Source: Gemmatimonadales bacterium
Lineage (GTDB): Bacteria; Gemmatimonadota; Gemmatimonadetes; Gemmatimonadales; Gemmatimonadaceae
Direction: 5' to 3'
Assembly (NCBI GenBank): GCA_038208015.1
Contig: JBBQZF010000001.1
Coordinates: forward strand, 770 to 64,769
DNA: 64,000 nt
In this document: piece after piece, positions 9,371-19,093 of the stretch
Layout of the letters: each line of letters starts with the position of its first letter
Numbering within the stretch: the first letter of the stretch is position 1
Made by a program: the position numbers and the translations under genes
Notes under the pieces: model-generated
What the model was told of the DNA's origin: nothing
Databases searched by the model: none
The model's input: the letters and a program-made list of their open reading frames with translations, nothing else

Positions 9371-9465
9371 TGCTATTTAGGAGTAAAACAGAACTAATTA
9401 ACGACATAGTCTCATTCGGGAACTAAACCCCAGGAATTTTTCTTAGGGACGAGGAGTTTCACCTA

Positions 9466-10389
9466 TTACTGCAGGTGTGTTCGTTCCTCTGCAACCTGGC
9501 TGAATCGCTGGTTCCGGCCCGATGAGCCGATGACGAGATCGACGGTTTGCACGCCCTCCGACTCACGGAGAAGCCCGGTCGCACGATCAAGGTAGATCCG
9601 GGCTGACCCGGAACCCTCGGACAGGATTGAGATACGGTGCTGTCCCTGAGTTCCCTGTCCCGCTGTCCGCACTCTGTCTTTTCTGGCGACAACGATTACA
9701 GGCTGCCGGCCCCTCGTGGTCTGTCCTGTCACTGTATATGTGCGAACTGCTGTAAGGACGAGTTGAACAGATCCACTGCACACCGGCACCGTGCTGCTGT
9801 CAGTCCAGGTTGTTCCGGTAGAGAGAAGCAGGGGCGGCACGACGAAATTGCGCTGTATGCCGGCTATTCCGTTCAACCCGGCTGCCTGACAATCGAGGAC
9901 AGTGCTGAGCGGCGAGCCTGCAAGTGAGTCGAGGTGAAACCCCCCGTGCTCGAGATATCCGGTGAAGTCCAGAGGAAGGAATGGTGGCTGACCTGGACCT
10001 GGAGCTGGAGAAATGCCTTCTGTTGTCACGGTCATCTGGGTAAGCGTCCCAGTGAGCCGAGTGCGTGAAGAAGGTGCGCGTGAATAGGCGACGCTGAAAC
10101 CGAGAGCCGTTTTAACAACGGTCTGGCTGGGCCCGCTATCGGACTCGAGCCGAAGCACTGTAGATGAAGTCGTCAAATAGTGTCTGGCGTCACCATTCGG
10201 GATGAGCGTCACCTCTGAGATCGCTGTAACCCGTTCGCGGCTGATCTCATCCCGAACTCCGGGTGCGGGCTGGGGCCTGTCCCCGGAAGCAGGTACCGGG
10301 AGGGTTCTGCCACATGCGGCCATAAGACATGCGCTGATGGCCAGACAAAGACGATGTGCCACTCTGTGCTTCCTTTCGATGGTGTTCAT
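9466..10389 (-). CDS. hypothetical lipoprotein
   Basis: 307 aa. Signal peptide ending in the lipobox LMAACG. No recognisable domain. Confidence 0.6.
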   Translation of the reverse strand: MNTIERKHRVAHRLCLAISACLMAACGRTLPVPASGDRPQPAPGVRDEISRERVTAISEVTLIPNGDARHYLTTSSTVLRLESDSGPSQTVVKTALGFSVAYSRAPSSRTRLTGTLTQMTVTTEGISPAPGPGQPPFLPLDFTGYLEHGGFHLDSLAGSPLSTVLDCQAAGLNGIAGIQRNFVVPPLLLSTGTTWTDSSTVPVCSGSVQLVLTAVRTYTVTGQTTRGRQPVIVVARKDRVRTAGQGTQGQHRISILSEGSGSARIYLDRATGLLRESEGVQTVDLVIGSSGRNQRFSQVAEERTHLQ

Positions 10390-10392
10390 GCC

Positions 10393-10435
10393 GGAAAAGA
10401 CAATAACCCTCTCCGGAAACTTCGGGAAAGGGTTA
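10393..10435 (-). terminator. hairpin plus U-tract downstream of rnpB
   Basis: The minus strand reads UAACCCUUUCC-CGAAGUUUCC-GGAGAGGGUUA (11-bp stem, one mismatch) followed by UUGUCUUUUCC. Confidence 0.5.
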
Positions 10436-10442
10436 CTGCCTG

Positions 10443-10830
10443 ATGTGATCAGTCTGTAAGCCGGGTTCTGTACGGCAACCCCCAGGGGTTGCCGTGACGG
10501 TCATTTCTCTCGGAGTGCGATTGCTCGCACCCTCCAGCAGCCTACCCGCGGCGTCTTTATCGAGGTGGGTTGCTCTCGCCGCATGCTTGGCCTTGCTCCA
10601 GCCGGGGTTTACCGTGCCGTGCATGTTGCCACGCACGCGGTGGGCTCTTACCCCACCTTTTCACCCTTACCCTCTTTCGAGGGCGGTCTGTTTTCTGTGG
10701 CACTTTCCGTCATGAACAGACCGGAGTCTGTCATGCCCAGGCATTACCTGGCAACCTTCTCCACGGAGCCCGGACTTTCCTCGAATTAGTAGCACCAAGG
10801 CTATTAATGCGCGACCGTCCGACTGATCTT
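10443..10830 (-). ncRNA. rnpB: RNase P RNA, bacterial type A
   Basis: The minus strand contains GAGGAAAGUCCGGGCUCC, GGUAAGGGUGAAA, GGUAAGAGCCCACC, CACGGUAAACCCCGGCUGGAGCAAGGCCAAG, GGGUAGGCUGCU and ACAGAACCCGGCUUA in the order seen in E. coli M1 RNA. P1 is formed by GAUCAGUC (10821-10828) and GACUGAUC (10447-10454). The overlapping track ORFs are artefacts. Confidence 0.93.
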
Positions 10831-10974
10831 GTTTTCCACCAGGAAATATAATACCCCCAGGGGTTCAATCCTGTTGCAGGAATGTGGCGGGGCTCCCTGC
10901 TGACGAGGCTGTGACGAGGGGTGTTTATGATATGTGCGCTGATCGGTTTATCCACGAACTAAAGGAGTCGGTCA

Positions 10975-11889
10975 ATGGCGCGTGAAACGAAGCAGTCCCC
11001 GGGGAAGCTCATGCCGGTCTCAACAATTCTTACACCGGGTGAGAGGCTGCGTGTAGATGCAGCAGCCGAAGGCCTCTACTCGGCACTTCATCGCGAATCG
11101 TTCGATGAGGTACTGGCGGATCTGAGGCAACGGAAAGCAGGCGCCGTTCTCATTTCGATCGCCCGATACGGTGTTCACAGCAGTGCACGAATGGCGACCA
11201 TGGTTCGGGAGTTTCCCAGGGTTCCCGCAATGGCCCTGCTTACCGAGGCTCAATATTCAACCCCTGAGAACCTTCTATCGCTCGGTCAGCTGGGAGTGCG
11301 CATTCTCATAGACGCTCGGCAGCCGTCGGGCTGGCAGGCCTTACGCGATATCCTTGCTGCCGAAAGAGCCAGCGATCTGCAGCGCACAACGCTGGGACAG
11401 CTCAGCACAGATCTGCCAGGAGCACCCGCTGACTGCTGGCGCTTCTTCGAGCTTCTCTTCAGCCACAATCCTCAGGTTCATACAGTCAGGCAGTTATCGA
11501 AATACCTGCATATTCTTCCAAGCTCTCTTATGAGCCGGTTTTTTCGGGCACACTTGCCTCCGCCCAAGAAATACCTGGCGCTGGCACGCCTGATACGTGC
11601 GGCGAAACTCTTTGAGAATCCCGGACTATCCGTTGCCAGTGTCTCCAACTATCTCGACTACTCTTCCCCTCAGAGCTTCGGTCGGCATGTCAGGACGATC
11701 ATGAACATGTCGCCTGTTGAATTCCGGGAGTCGTATGATGGCGCTGGCATGCTTCAACATTTTAGGAATGAGCTTATCCTCCCATATGCAGGAATACTGA
11801 AATCTTTCCGGCCTGCAGCGACGTCACCCGGCTGGATAACGAGGCACCGTAATAAGGTGATCAGGAAGAAATCCCGAGCTCTTCAATAG
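10975..11889 (+). CDS. AraC-family transcriptional regulator
   Basis: 304 aa. C-terminal double HTH of AraC type (LARLIRAAKLFENPGLSVASVSNYLDYSSPQSFGRHVRTIMNMSPVEFRE). The N-terminal domain is unassigned. Confidence 0.75.
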   Translation: MARETKQSPGKLMPVSTILTPGERLRVDAAAEGLYSALHRESFDEVLADLRQRKAGAVLISIARYGVHSSARMATMVREFPRVPAMALLTEAQYSTPENLLSLGQLGVRILIDARQPSGWQALRDILAAERASDLQRTTLGQLSTDLPGAPADCWRFFELLFSHNPQVHTVRQLSKYLHILPSSLMSRFFRAHLPPPKKYLALARLIRAAKLFENPGLSVASVSNYLDYSSPQSFGRHVRTIMNMSPVEFRESYDGAGMLQHFRNELILPYAGILKSFRPAATSPGWITRHRNKVIRKKSRALQ

Positions 11890-12412
11890 TCGTGAGTGAG
11901 ATGACGTGATATCCTCTTTGCTCGATGGCTTCGCGTCCTCCTTCAAGCCGGTCCACGACAGCAAGGATGCCAACGACATGGCCGCCGGCCTCTTCAATGG
12001 CGGCAGCGGCGTCGAGCGCAGACTTGCCGGTGGTAATCACATCCTCAATGACAGCGACCCTGTCGCCAGTGGCAAACGGGCCCTCGATCCTTTTCCCGGT
12101 TCCGTGCACCTTGGCTTCTTTGCGCACGGTAAAAGCACGCAGTGGCCTCGATGTTGAGACGCTTGTATGGCTGATGGCATAGGCAACAGGATCTGCTCCA
12201 AGGGTCAGGCCACCAACAGAGTCAGGACGCCACTTTTCTGCTTCGATCCGATTGAGACCCAGCCTCCCGATCACATCCATCCCCTCCGGGCTCATGGTGG
12301 TCAGGCGGGCATCGATGTAATAGGTCGAACGTTTTCCTGAGGCGAGAATAAAGGTGCCCGTCTTTACCGACCGTTCGATCAGGAGCTCCTTCAGTCTTTC
12401 GCTGTCACTCAT
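11861..12412 (-). CDS. pyrE: orotate phosphoribosyltransferase
   Basis: 183 aa. PRPP-binding loop VAVIEDVITTGKS. The N-terminus FILASGKRSTYYID is typical of PyrE. Confidence 0.93.
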   Translation of the reverse strand: MSDSERLKELLIERSVKTGTFILASGKRSTYYIDARLTTMSPEGMDVIGRLGLNRIEAEKWRPDSVGGLTLGADPVAYAISHTSVSTSRPLRAFTVRKEAKVHGTGKRIEGPFATGDRVAVIEDVITTGKSALDAAAAIEEAGGHVVGILAVVDRLEGGREAIEQRGYHVISLTTIEELGISS

Positions 12413-12426
12413 GGCGTTGGAAATGT

Positions 12427-13383
12427 GTGGTTGGTATCATGCACATAATGGAGCCGCTCGTTTACATCATCGTGGGCGCAGTAGTTATAGGCCTTGCACT
12501 CGTTCTTCAACATGAGCGGCGGCAGGCTACGCGTCTAGTCGAACGCTCTCGCGAGCTCGAGCGGCTTTCTTCCGAGCTCCTCAGGGCGAACCGCATGAAG
12601 AACGACTTTCTGGCGAACGTATCGCACGAGCTGAGAACTCCTCTCAATGCGATAGTTGGATTTGTCGATCTTCTACGCGAAGGGGTTTACGGGGAGCTCA
12701 CTCCTCGCCAGGTAAAGCCGGTTGAGCGAATCGAAGCTTCGGCGAACCATCTCCGGCATCTCGTAGATCAGATTCTGGACCTCGCAAAGATGGCCGCGGG
12801 GAGGCTCGATGTTCACAGGGAGACGCTGGACGTCCGGCCGTTCATTCTCGACGTAGCGAGTGAAGTTGAGTCCCTCGTGAACGAGAAGAGGCTGAGTCTT
12901 TTACTCGTGATGGGAAGTGCGCTGCCGAAAATACGAACGGATCCCACGCACCTCAGGCAGATCCTCGTCAACCTGCTTGGGAATGCCATCAAGTACACAG
13001 ACGAGGGGTCGATAGTCATCAAGACCCGGGTTCTGAAGAGTGAGGCCGCGCTGGGGGAGGGACTGCCGCAACCAGCCGCTATTCTCAACGAATCAGCAGC
13101 TTCCTGGCTTTCGATACAGGTGATTGACTCGGGAGTCGGGATTCCTGTAAATCATCAGGAAAGAGTTTTTGACGAGTTCGAGCAGGTAGATGCCGGTCCG
13201 CGAACCGATTCGGCGAATCGTGGCACCGGTCTGGGTCTGGCAATATCGCGACGTCTCGCGAGGTTGCTGGGAGGTGACCTTCTTCTTGCAAGCCAGCCTG
13301 GTAAGGGGTCGACGCTCACCCTCTGGCTTCCGGTTTCCGAGCCGGAATCAGTTGCGGCGGAGGATTCCCCGCATCCGGGCTAG
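12427..13383 (+). CDS. sensor histidine kinase (single TM, HisKA plus HATPase_c)
   Basis: H-box NVSHELRTPLNAI, N-box LLGNAIKYT, G-boxes DSGVGIP and GTGLGLAISRRLARLLGG. GTG start; ATG 12439 is an alternative. Confidence 0.88.
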   Translation: MVGIMHIMEPLVYIIVGAVVIGLALVLQHERRQATRLVERSRELERLSSELLRANRMKNDFLANVSHELRTPLNAIVGFVDLLREGVYGELTPRQVKPVERIEASANHLRHLVDQILDLAKMAAGRLDVHRETLDVRPFILDVASEVESLVNEKRLSLLLVMGSALPKIRTDPTHLRQILVNLLGNAIKYTDEGSIVIKTRVLKSEAALGEGLPQPAAILNESAASWLSIQVIDSGVGIPVNHQERVFDEFEQVDAGPRTDSANRGTGLGLAISRRLARLLGGDLLLASQPGKGSTLTLWLPVSEPESVAAEDSPHPG

Positions 13384-14307
13384 AAGGCCGCCCTCATCGC
13401 TCTCAGGGGCCGCCACACTACCCCGAGCCTCCGCTGGCTGCTCTACCGCCTCCTGAAAGGCACGGGCAAAGCCCATTACATCCGGATAGCGGCTCCCTGG
13501 ATCCTTGGAAAGCGCTTTCATGACGACCTGTTCCAGCCCGGAAGAGAAGTTGAGTCTTTCCTTTGCGGAATTGAGTGGAATAGGGGGAAGGGTCAACAAT
13601 TGTGTAAACATCTCACGAGGCGCCTTCGCTGTATACGGCAGGGCTCTCGCGAGGAGATAGTAGGCGATTGTGGCGAGACTGTACTGATCTGCCGCAGTAG
13701 TTACGATCTCACCAGACAACGCTTCAGGCGCTATGTACATCAACGACCCGACAAAGAAGCCGGCACGCGTCAACCTCTCGTCAGCGGGCTGCTGGACATC
13801 GGTTGCTATTCCGAAGTCAAGCAGTTTCACCTGCCGGGTGGCAGGATCGTACATGACGTTTTCGGGTTTGAGATCCCGGTGAACGATGTTCGCAGTATGA
13901 GCAGCCTGAACCGCTGCTCCGATCTGCGTGATTATCGTCGCGGTTTCTTCAATGGAGAGAGGGGCGTTCTGGCGGGCGTATTTCTCGAGCAGATCGCCGG
14001 GGGCCCACTCAATTGCCAGAAAATGGAGCCCGGTCTCCGACTGACCGATCTCTATGGTTTGAACGACGTTGGGGTGCTTGACGCGGGTACCATACTGAGC
14101 TTCCCTGACGAAACGGGCTACCGCCGTCTTGTCGTGACGAAGCTTTTCCCGGAGAACCTTGAGAGCCACGGTGCCATGGCTCGAATGCTGAGCCTTGTAC
14201 ACCTCCGCCGTACCGCCCTCGCCAACCTCACTCTGTATTGTGTACCCGGCTATCTTGGAGCCGATCAAACTCTGATGAGACACGCGGCGAAGGTAACAGA
14301 AACCCAT
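13348..14307 (-). CDS. Hanks-type serine/threonine protein kinase
   Basis: 319 aa. GEGGTAEVYKA...ALK, HRDLKPEN, DFGIA and APE motifs. Confidence 0.9.
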   Translation of the reverse strand: MGFCYLRRVSHQSLIGSKIAGYTIQSEVGEGGTAEVYKAQHSSHGTVALKVLREKLRHDKTAVARFVREAQYGTRVKHPNVVQTIEIGQSETGLHFLAIEWAPGDLLEKYARQNAPLSIEETATIITQIGAAVQAAHTANIVHRDLKPENVMYDPATRQVKLLDFGIATDVQQPADERLTRAGFFVGSLMYIAPEALSGEIVTTAADQYSLATIAYYLLARALPYTAKAPREMFTQLLTLPPIPLNSAKERLNFSSGLEQVVMKALSKDPGSRYPDVMGFARAFQEAVEQPAEARGSVAAPESDEGGLLARMRGILRRN

Positions 14308-14331
14308 TTCTGTGGATAGGGTAAATCACTG

Positions 14332-15741
14332 ATGCACGCCTACAGGTTTTTAAGGTTCGTCCTCGTCGGGGCTCTTGCTCTAGCCGGAAGCGCATGCGCG
14401 AGACAGCGTGTAGAGGAGTCTCCCGGGTCACTTCCTTCGCCCGTGGCCGGTGGCCGGCCGGGTGACCAGGCGAAGGATCCGTTGACGATCTACAACCAGA
14501 TGGGGCTCATTGCCACATCGGGTCCGCTCTCATATGTGGGCAAAATCGGGTACTTCGCCACGCGTTCTCCGGACACGACGATAATGCTTGCGAGCATATC
14601 GATTCCCAATCGCGTGCTCAGCTTCGTGCGGGATGGCGATACCTACCGGGCTCCGTATGAAGTGCGACTCCAGGTCAACAGGGGCGGTGCTGAGATTCAG
14701 TCTCACCAGAGTATCGAGATAGTCCGGGTGGCAGGCTTCAGGGAGGTAAACCGTACTGACGAAAGCGTCATTTTCCAGACGCACTTCAGGCTGTTGCCGG
14801 GCGACTACACGGTCTCCTTCATGGTGAGAGATATTGGCAGCAACCGGAGCGCGACTCAGGAAGGCGCCATTACGGTACCGCGACTGAGCCCCGGGGCGCT
14901 GTCGACCCCGCTGCTGGTGTACGAGGCGAGCCGGCGCACGACCCTCGACTCGGTTCCACGGCTCCTGGCGAGCCCCCGGTCGAGTGCGGTATTCGGACGG
15001 GACAGCACTGTCTCGGTATACCTCGAGGCTTATGGCCAGCAGACCTCCCTGCCCGTGAGCTTCGTGGTTCAGAATGATCGTGGTGCAGTCACCCTGAGGG
15101 ACACGACTGTTCTGCAGAGATCGGGAGGCCTTCTTTCTGGTTCGGTGACTATCCCGATCTCCCGCGTGGGAATCGGGGTGGCAAACGTCACGTTTACTCG
15201 GGCGGATGCGACAGATACGGTAAGAACACCCGTATTCGTGAGCTTCGGAAGCGACATTCCTCTCCTCTCCTACGAGGAGCTCATAAACCAGCTCCGCTAC
15301 TATGCGTCTTCCGATCGGCTAAGATCACTTCGGGATGCACCGGTGGATCAGCGAGGCCAGGTGTGGGCGTCCTTTCTGAGGGCAAGTGATCCTGCCCCGG
15401 CAACTGCGGAGCACGAAGGGCTGCAGATGTATTTTGCCCGCCTTCAGCAAGCGGCCCTCAGGTTCCGTGACGACGGTCCCGGGACTCGCGGCGGCTGGCT
15501 TTCAGACCGGGCCCGCGTGTTCGTCGTACTCGGCGAGCCGGACCAGCTGTACGAGCAGAGCTCGAACAGCGCGATCTCGCGCACGTCTCTCTCGCAGCGT
15601 GGACGCCTTCAGTTCTGGGAGTATGGACAGTACAGGGTTCGCCTTGTGTTCTACGATGACTCCGGCGCGGGCCGGTGGAAGCTCACACCTGCCAGTGAAA
15701 CAGAGTTCCAGAACATAAACGCACGTCTCCAAATCCACTGA
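14332..15741 (+). CDS. GWxTD domain-containing protein (secreted)
   Basis: 469 aa. Signal peptide with LAGSAC. C-terminal GGWLSDRARVFVVLGEPD matches the GWxTD signature. Confidence 0.7.
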   Translation: MHAYRFLRFVLVGALALAGSACARQRVEESPGSLPSPVAGGRPGDQAKDPLTIYNQMGLIATSGPLSYVGKIGYFATRSPDTTIMLASISIPNRVLSFVRDGDTYRAPYEVRLQVNRGGAEIQSHQSIEIVRVAGFREVNRTDESVIFQTHFRLLPGDYTVSFMVRDIGSNRSATQEGAITVPRLSPGALSTPLLVYEASRRTTLDSVPRLLASPRSSAVFGRDSTVSVYLEAYGQQTSLPVSFVVQNDRGAVTLRDTTVLQRSGGLLSGSVTIPISRVGIGVANVTFTRADATDTVRTPVFVSFGSDIPLLSYEELINQLRYYASSDRLRSLRDAPVDQRGQVWASFLRASDPAPATAEHEGLQMYFARLQQAALRFRDDGPGTRGGWLSDRARVFVVLGEPDQLYEQSSNSAISRTSLSQRGRLQFWEYGQYRVRLVFYDDSGAGRWKLTPASETEFQNINARLQIH

Positions 15742-15774
15742 CAAGCCACAGTCTCCGGGTTATTAATTAGCGAC

Positions 15775-15803
15775 TTGACAAAAATCATGGTCGTTCCTAT
15801 ATA
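15775..15803 (+). promoter_or_regulatory. sigma70-type promoter of csp
   Basis: TTGACA (15775-15780), 17-nt spacer, TATATA (15798-15803). GGAGG Shine-Dalgarno sequence before ATG 15839. Confidence 0.55.
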
Positions 15804-15838
15804 GGCGCCGCACCCGAATCACACCGGAGGCGGCTCAA

Positions 15839-16042
15839 ATGGCCAGTGGAAAGGTGAAGTGGTTCAATGACGCCAAGGGATACGGCTTCATTGAGCAGGA
15901 GGGCGGAGAGGATGTCTTTGTCCACTTTTCAGCGATCTCGATGGACGGCTTCAAGACCCTCGTCGAAGGGCAGCAGGTAGAGTTCGAGATCGAGACCGGC
16001 AACAAGGGGCTTCACGCGGCCAACGTTCACGCCACGGCCTGA
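15839..16042 (+). CDS. cold-shock protein (CspA family)
   Basis: 67 aa. [12 protein letters not shown] (RNP1) and VFVHFS (RNP2). Confidence 0.93.
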   Translation: MASGKVKWFNDAKGYGFIEQEGGEDVFVHFSAISMDGFKTLVEGQQVEFEIETGNKGLHAANVHATA

Positions 16043-16068
16043 ACCCTTCGTTCCACGGGACGATCCTT

Positions 16069-16109
16069 GCCCCTGTCACGCGTGAGCTGGACAGGGGCGC
16101 TCTTATATT
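16069..16109 (+). terminator. hairpin after csp
   Basis: GCCCCTGTC (16069-16077), 12-nt loop, GACAGGGGC (16090-16098), then gctcttatatt. Confidence 0.5.
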
Positions 16110-16111
16110 GA

Positions 16112-19093
16112 GTGATGCAGCTTCCGGAACCACCACGGCTCTTCCTCGTCGATGGCTACGCGCTGATCTATCGCGCGTTCTACGCCCTCATCTCGCGACC
16201 CCTTACGACCAGCAAGGGCGAGAACACCTCCGCTGTCTGGGGTATCTCCAGCTTCGTCCAGCGACTTCTGGACAAGCATAAACCCGACTATCTCGTCTGG
16301 GTTCACGATTCCGGGCTGTCGTTCCGGCATGAGAAATATCCGGCCTACAAGGCAACCCGGGAAAAACTGACGGAAGAACTCCAGGCCGATTTCGACCGCG
16401 GCATGGACCGCATCTGCGAACTGCTCGAGGGCTTCAGGATCCCGATTGTAACCCTTCCGGGTTATGAGGCAGACGACGTGATCGGGACCCTGGTGGTCAA
16501 AGGCCTCGAGCAGAACATGAATGTCGTGGTCGTTTCAGGAGACAAGGACTTTCAGCAGCTGGTTCGCCCCGGCGTCTGGCTTCTGAACCCGGGGCGAGGT
16601 GGCCCGGCAGGTGTCGAAGAACACTGGGTCGGTGTCGAGAACGCGAGCGAAAGACTCGGTGTTCCACCCCGCCACGTAGTCGACTACCTGGCTCTCGTTG
16701 GCGACTCCTCGGACAACATCCCGGGCGTGAAAGGGATTGGAGACAAGACGGCCTGCGAGCTCGTAGCACAGTATGGTGATCTCGAAAATATTCTGGCACA
16801 CGCCGGCGAGCTGTCGAAGAAACGTCCGCGCGAAGCACTGCTCCAGTACGCGGGCAACGCACGCCTCTCGAAAGAATTAGTAACAATACGTGACGATCTC
16901 CCTCTGATCCTCGATCCGGAGAAAGCCCGGCTTCAGGAGCCCGATAACGCACGACTGCGCGACCTCTTCGTCGAGCTCGAGTTTCACGCACTGGCAAGAG
17001 TTGCCGCCGCTGCCGCATCGAGCGCGCCATCCAGCGCGTCATCCGCTGCCGGAGAGACCGCAGCGACAGAAACGGTAGAGATGCCAGCGTCTGTCACTTT
17101 GTATCACACTGTCGACACCATCGAGAAGCTCCTCGATGTCGTGCACCGGGCACGCGAGGTGGGCACAATCGCGATAGACACGGAAACCGTCACCGCCTCC
17201 GACTCACCACTTCAGGTTGACGCGCTTCGCTCGGCTCTTGTGTCAATCGCCATAGCGACTGCACCAGGTGAAGCATGGTACCTCCCGCTCCGTCACGTTG
17301 AATGGCGCGGGATGCAGGGAGAGCTCATGATCGACGCTGCCGGCGACAGGTCACCGACAGACGCTTCCGAGGACAGGGGCCTTGTGCTCGGAGGCGATGA
17401 CCGGCTCCAGGCCAGCGGGGGAAGAAAGAAGAAATCGTCAGATACAGGCGGCCAGGCCCAGAAGCCTGCTACTGGTCCTGTCAGGAATCTTCCGCCGCTG
17501 GACTCTGATGAGATGAAGCCGCTTCGTGATCTCCTGGAAGATCCGGCGGTGCGAAAAACGGCGCAGAATGCGAAATACGACGTACTCGTGCTTCGTCGCG
17601 CCGGAATCGACCTGCAGGGACTCGACTTCGATACGATGCTGGCCAGCTATGTGCTCGACCCGGGCCGGAGATCTCACGGGCTCGATGTTCTCGCGCTCGA
17701 GTTTCTTGACCGGTCGATGATTTCGTACACGGACGTCTGCGGAAAAGGAAAATCTGCGGTCCCTTTTGACCAGTGTCCGATCGATTCCGCCAGGGATTAC
17801 GCCTGCGAGGAGGCCGACATGGCACTTCGCATGCGGGCAGTGTTCGAGCCACAACTCGACTCAGCCGGGGTTCGTTCCCTGTTGCAGGAGATCGAGATCC
17901 CTCTGGTCCACGTCCTTGCGCGGGCCGAGTGGAACGGCATCTACATAGACCTTCCCTGGTTCAGGTCCCTCAAGGAAAGATTTCGCAGGGAGCGCGAGGC
18001 CGTCGAGAAGCAGATCCATACAGAAGCGGGCACGGAGTTCAACATCAACTCGAATCCTCAGCTTCGTGAAATTCTGTTCACGCGCCTCGGTCTTCCGGTG
18101 CTCAAGAAGACAAGCACCGGGCCTTCGACAGATGCTACGGTGCTTCAGGAGCTCGCCGATGGAGGGCACACGCTCCCCGGCTTGCTGATGGAGTATCGTG
18201 AGCTTTCAAAACTCGAAAACACCTATCTCGACGCTCTTCCGGCGATGGTCAACAGGCAGACCGGCAGGATTCATACGTCGTTCAATCAGACAGTTGCCGC
18301 GACCGGACGCCTTTCCTCCAGTGATCCGAACCTTCAGAACATTCCGATAAGGCGCGAGCTCGGCAGGGATATCAGGCGCGGCTTCATTCCACGGCCTGGG
18401 TGGACCCTGCTCGCAGCAGACTATTCACAGATAGAGTTGAGGCTGCTCGCCCATCTCTCTGGTGATCCTGCATTTGTTGAGGCATTCAAGGCGGGTGGAG
18501 ACATTCATCGCCAGACAGCGGCGATAATCTTCGATGTTCCTCTCGACGGAGTTACCTCGGAGATGCGCGCCCGCGCCAAGACAATCAACTTCGCAACCAT
18601 CTATGGCCAGGGCGCACACGCTCTTTCAAAGCAGCTGAAGATCGACCACGCAGAGGCGAAGGAGTTTATCCGGCGATACTTCGAGCGATTCCATGGCATC
18701 AGGCAGTACCTGGACTCGATGGTCGAGTTTGCGCGACAGCATGGGTATGTGACGACTATTTTCGGCAGAAGGCGCTATATCCCGGAGCTTCGGGAAAAGA
18801 ATTTCAGCATGCGCGCTTTCGGGGAACGGACAGCCGCCAACTCGCCAATCCAGGGATCAGCCGCCGACCTGATCAAGGTCGCGATGATCAGGATAGACGA
18901 AGCGCTGCGAGTCGGAGAGTTCAGCGCAAAAATGCTGCTGCAGGTTCATGACGAGCTCGTATTCGAAGTACCGCCGGATGAGCTTGAAAAGACAAGCACG
19001 ATGGTGAAACAGGAAATGGAGAGTGCGGCCGAGCTTGCCGTACCCCTGGTTGTCGATCTGGGAAAAGGTATTAACTGGCTCGAGACGAAGTAG
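16112..19093 (+). CDS. polA: DNA polymerase I
   Basis: 993 aa. 5'-nuclease domain, 3'-5' exonuclease motifs (IAIDTET, QNAKYDVLVL, YACEEAD) and polymerase motifs (LLAADYSQIELR, RRxAKTINFxxIYG, QVHDEL). Confidence 0.97.
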   Translation: MMQLPEPPRLFLVDGYALIYRAFYALISRPLTTSKGENTSAVWGISSFVQRLLDKHKPDYLVWVHDSGLSFRHEKYPAYKATREKLTEELQADFDRGMDRICELLEGFRIPIVTLPGYEADDVIGTLVVKGLEQNMNVVVVSGDKDFQQLVRPGVWLLNPGRGGPAGVEEHWVGVENASERLGVPPRHVVDYLALVGDSSDNIPGVKGIGDKTACELVAQYGDLENILAHAGELSKKRPREALLQYAGNARLSKELVTIRDDLPLILDPEKARLQEPDNARLRDLFVELEFHALARVAAAAASSAPSSASSAAGETAATETVEMPASVTLYHTVDTIEKLLDVVHRAREVGTIAIDTETVTASDSPLQVDALRSALVSIAIATAPGEAWYLPLRHVEWRGMQGELMIDAAGDRSPTDASEDRGLVLGGDDRLQASGGRKKKSSDTGGQAQKPATGPVRNLPPLDSDEMKPLRDLLEDPAVRKTAQNAKYDVLVLRRAGIDLQGLDFDTMLASYVLDPGRRSHGLDVLALEFLDRSMISYTDVCGKGKSAVPFDQCPIDSARDYACEEADMALRMRAVFEPQLDSAGVRSLLQEIEIPLVHVLARAEWNGIYIDLPWFRSLKERFRREREAVEKQIHTEAGTEFNINSNPQLREILFTRLGLPVLKKTSTGPSTDATVLQELADGGHTLPGLLMEYRELSKLENTYLDALPAMVNRQTGRIHTSFNQTVAATGRLSSSDPNLQNIPIRRELGRDIRRGFIPRPGWTLLAADYSQIELRLLAHLSGDPAFVEAFKAGGDIHRQTAAIIFDVPLDGVTSEMRARAKTINFATIYGQGAHALSKQLKIDHAEAKEFIRRYFERFHGIRQYLDSMVEFARQHGYVTTIFGRRRYIPELREKNFSMRAFGERTAANSPIQGSAADLIKVAMIRIDEALRVGEFSAKMLLQVHDELVFEVPPDELEKTSTMVKQEMESAAELAVPLVVDLGKGINWLETK

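Noticed and set aside
10433-10955. Several 67-93-aa ORFs in both strands between the lipoprotein gene and the AraC-type gene
   Set aside because: The region is RNase P RNA, with universally conserved motifs and P1 pairing. The ORFs are artefacts of a structured RNA gene.
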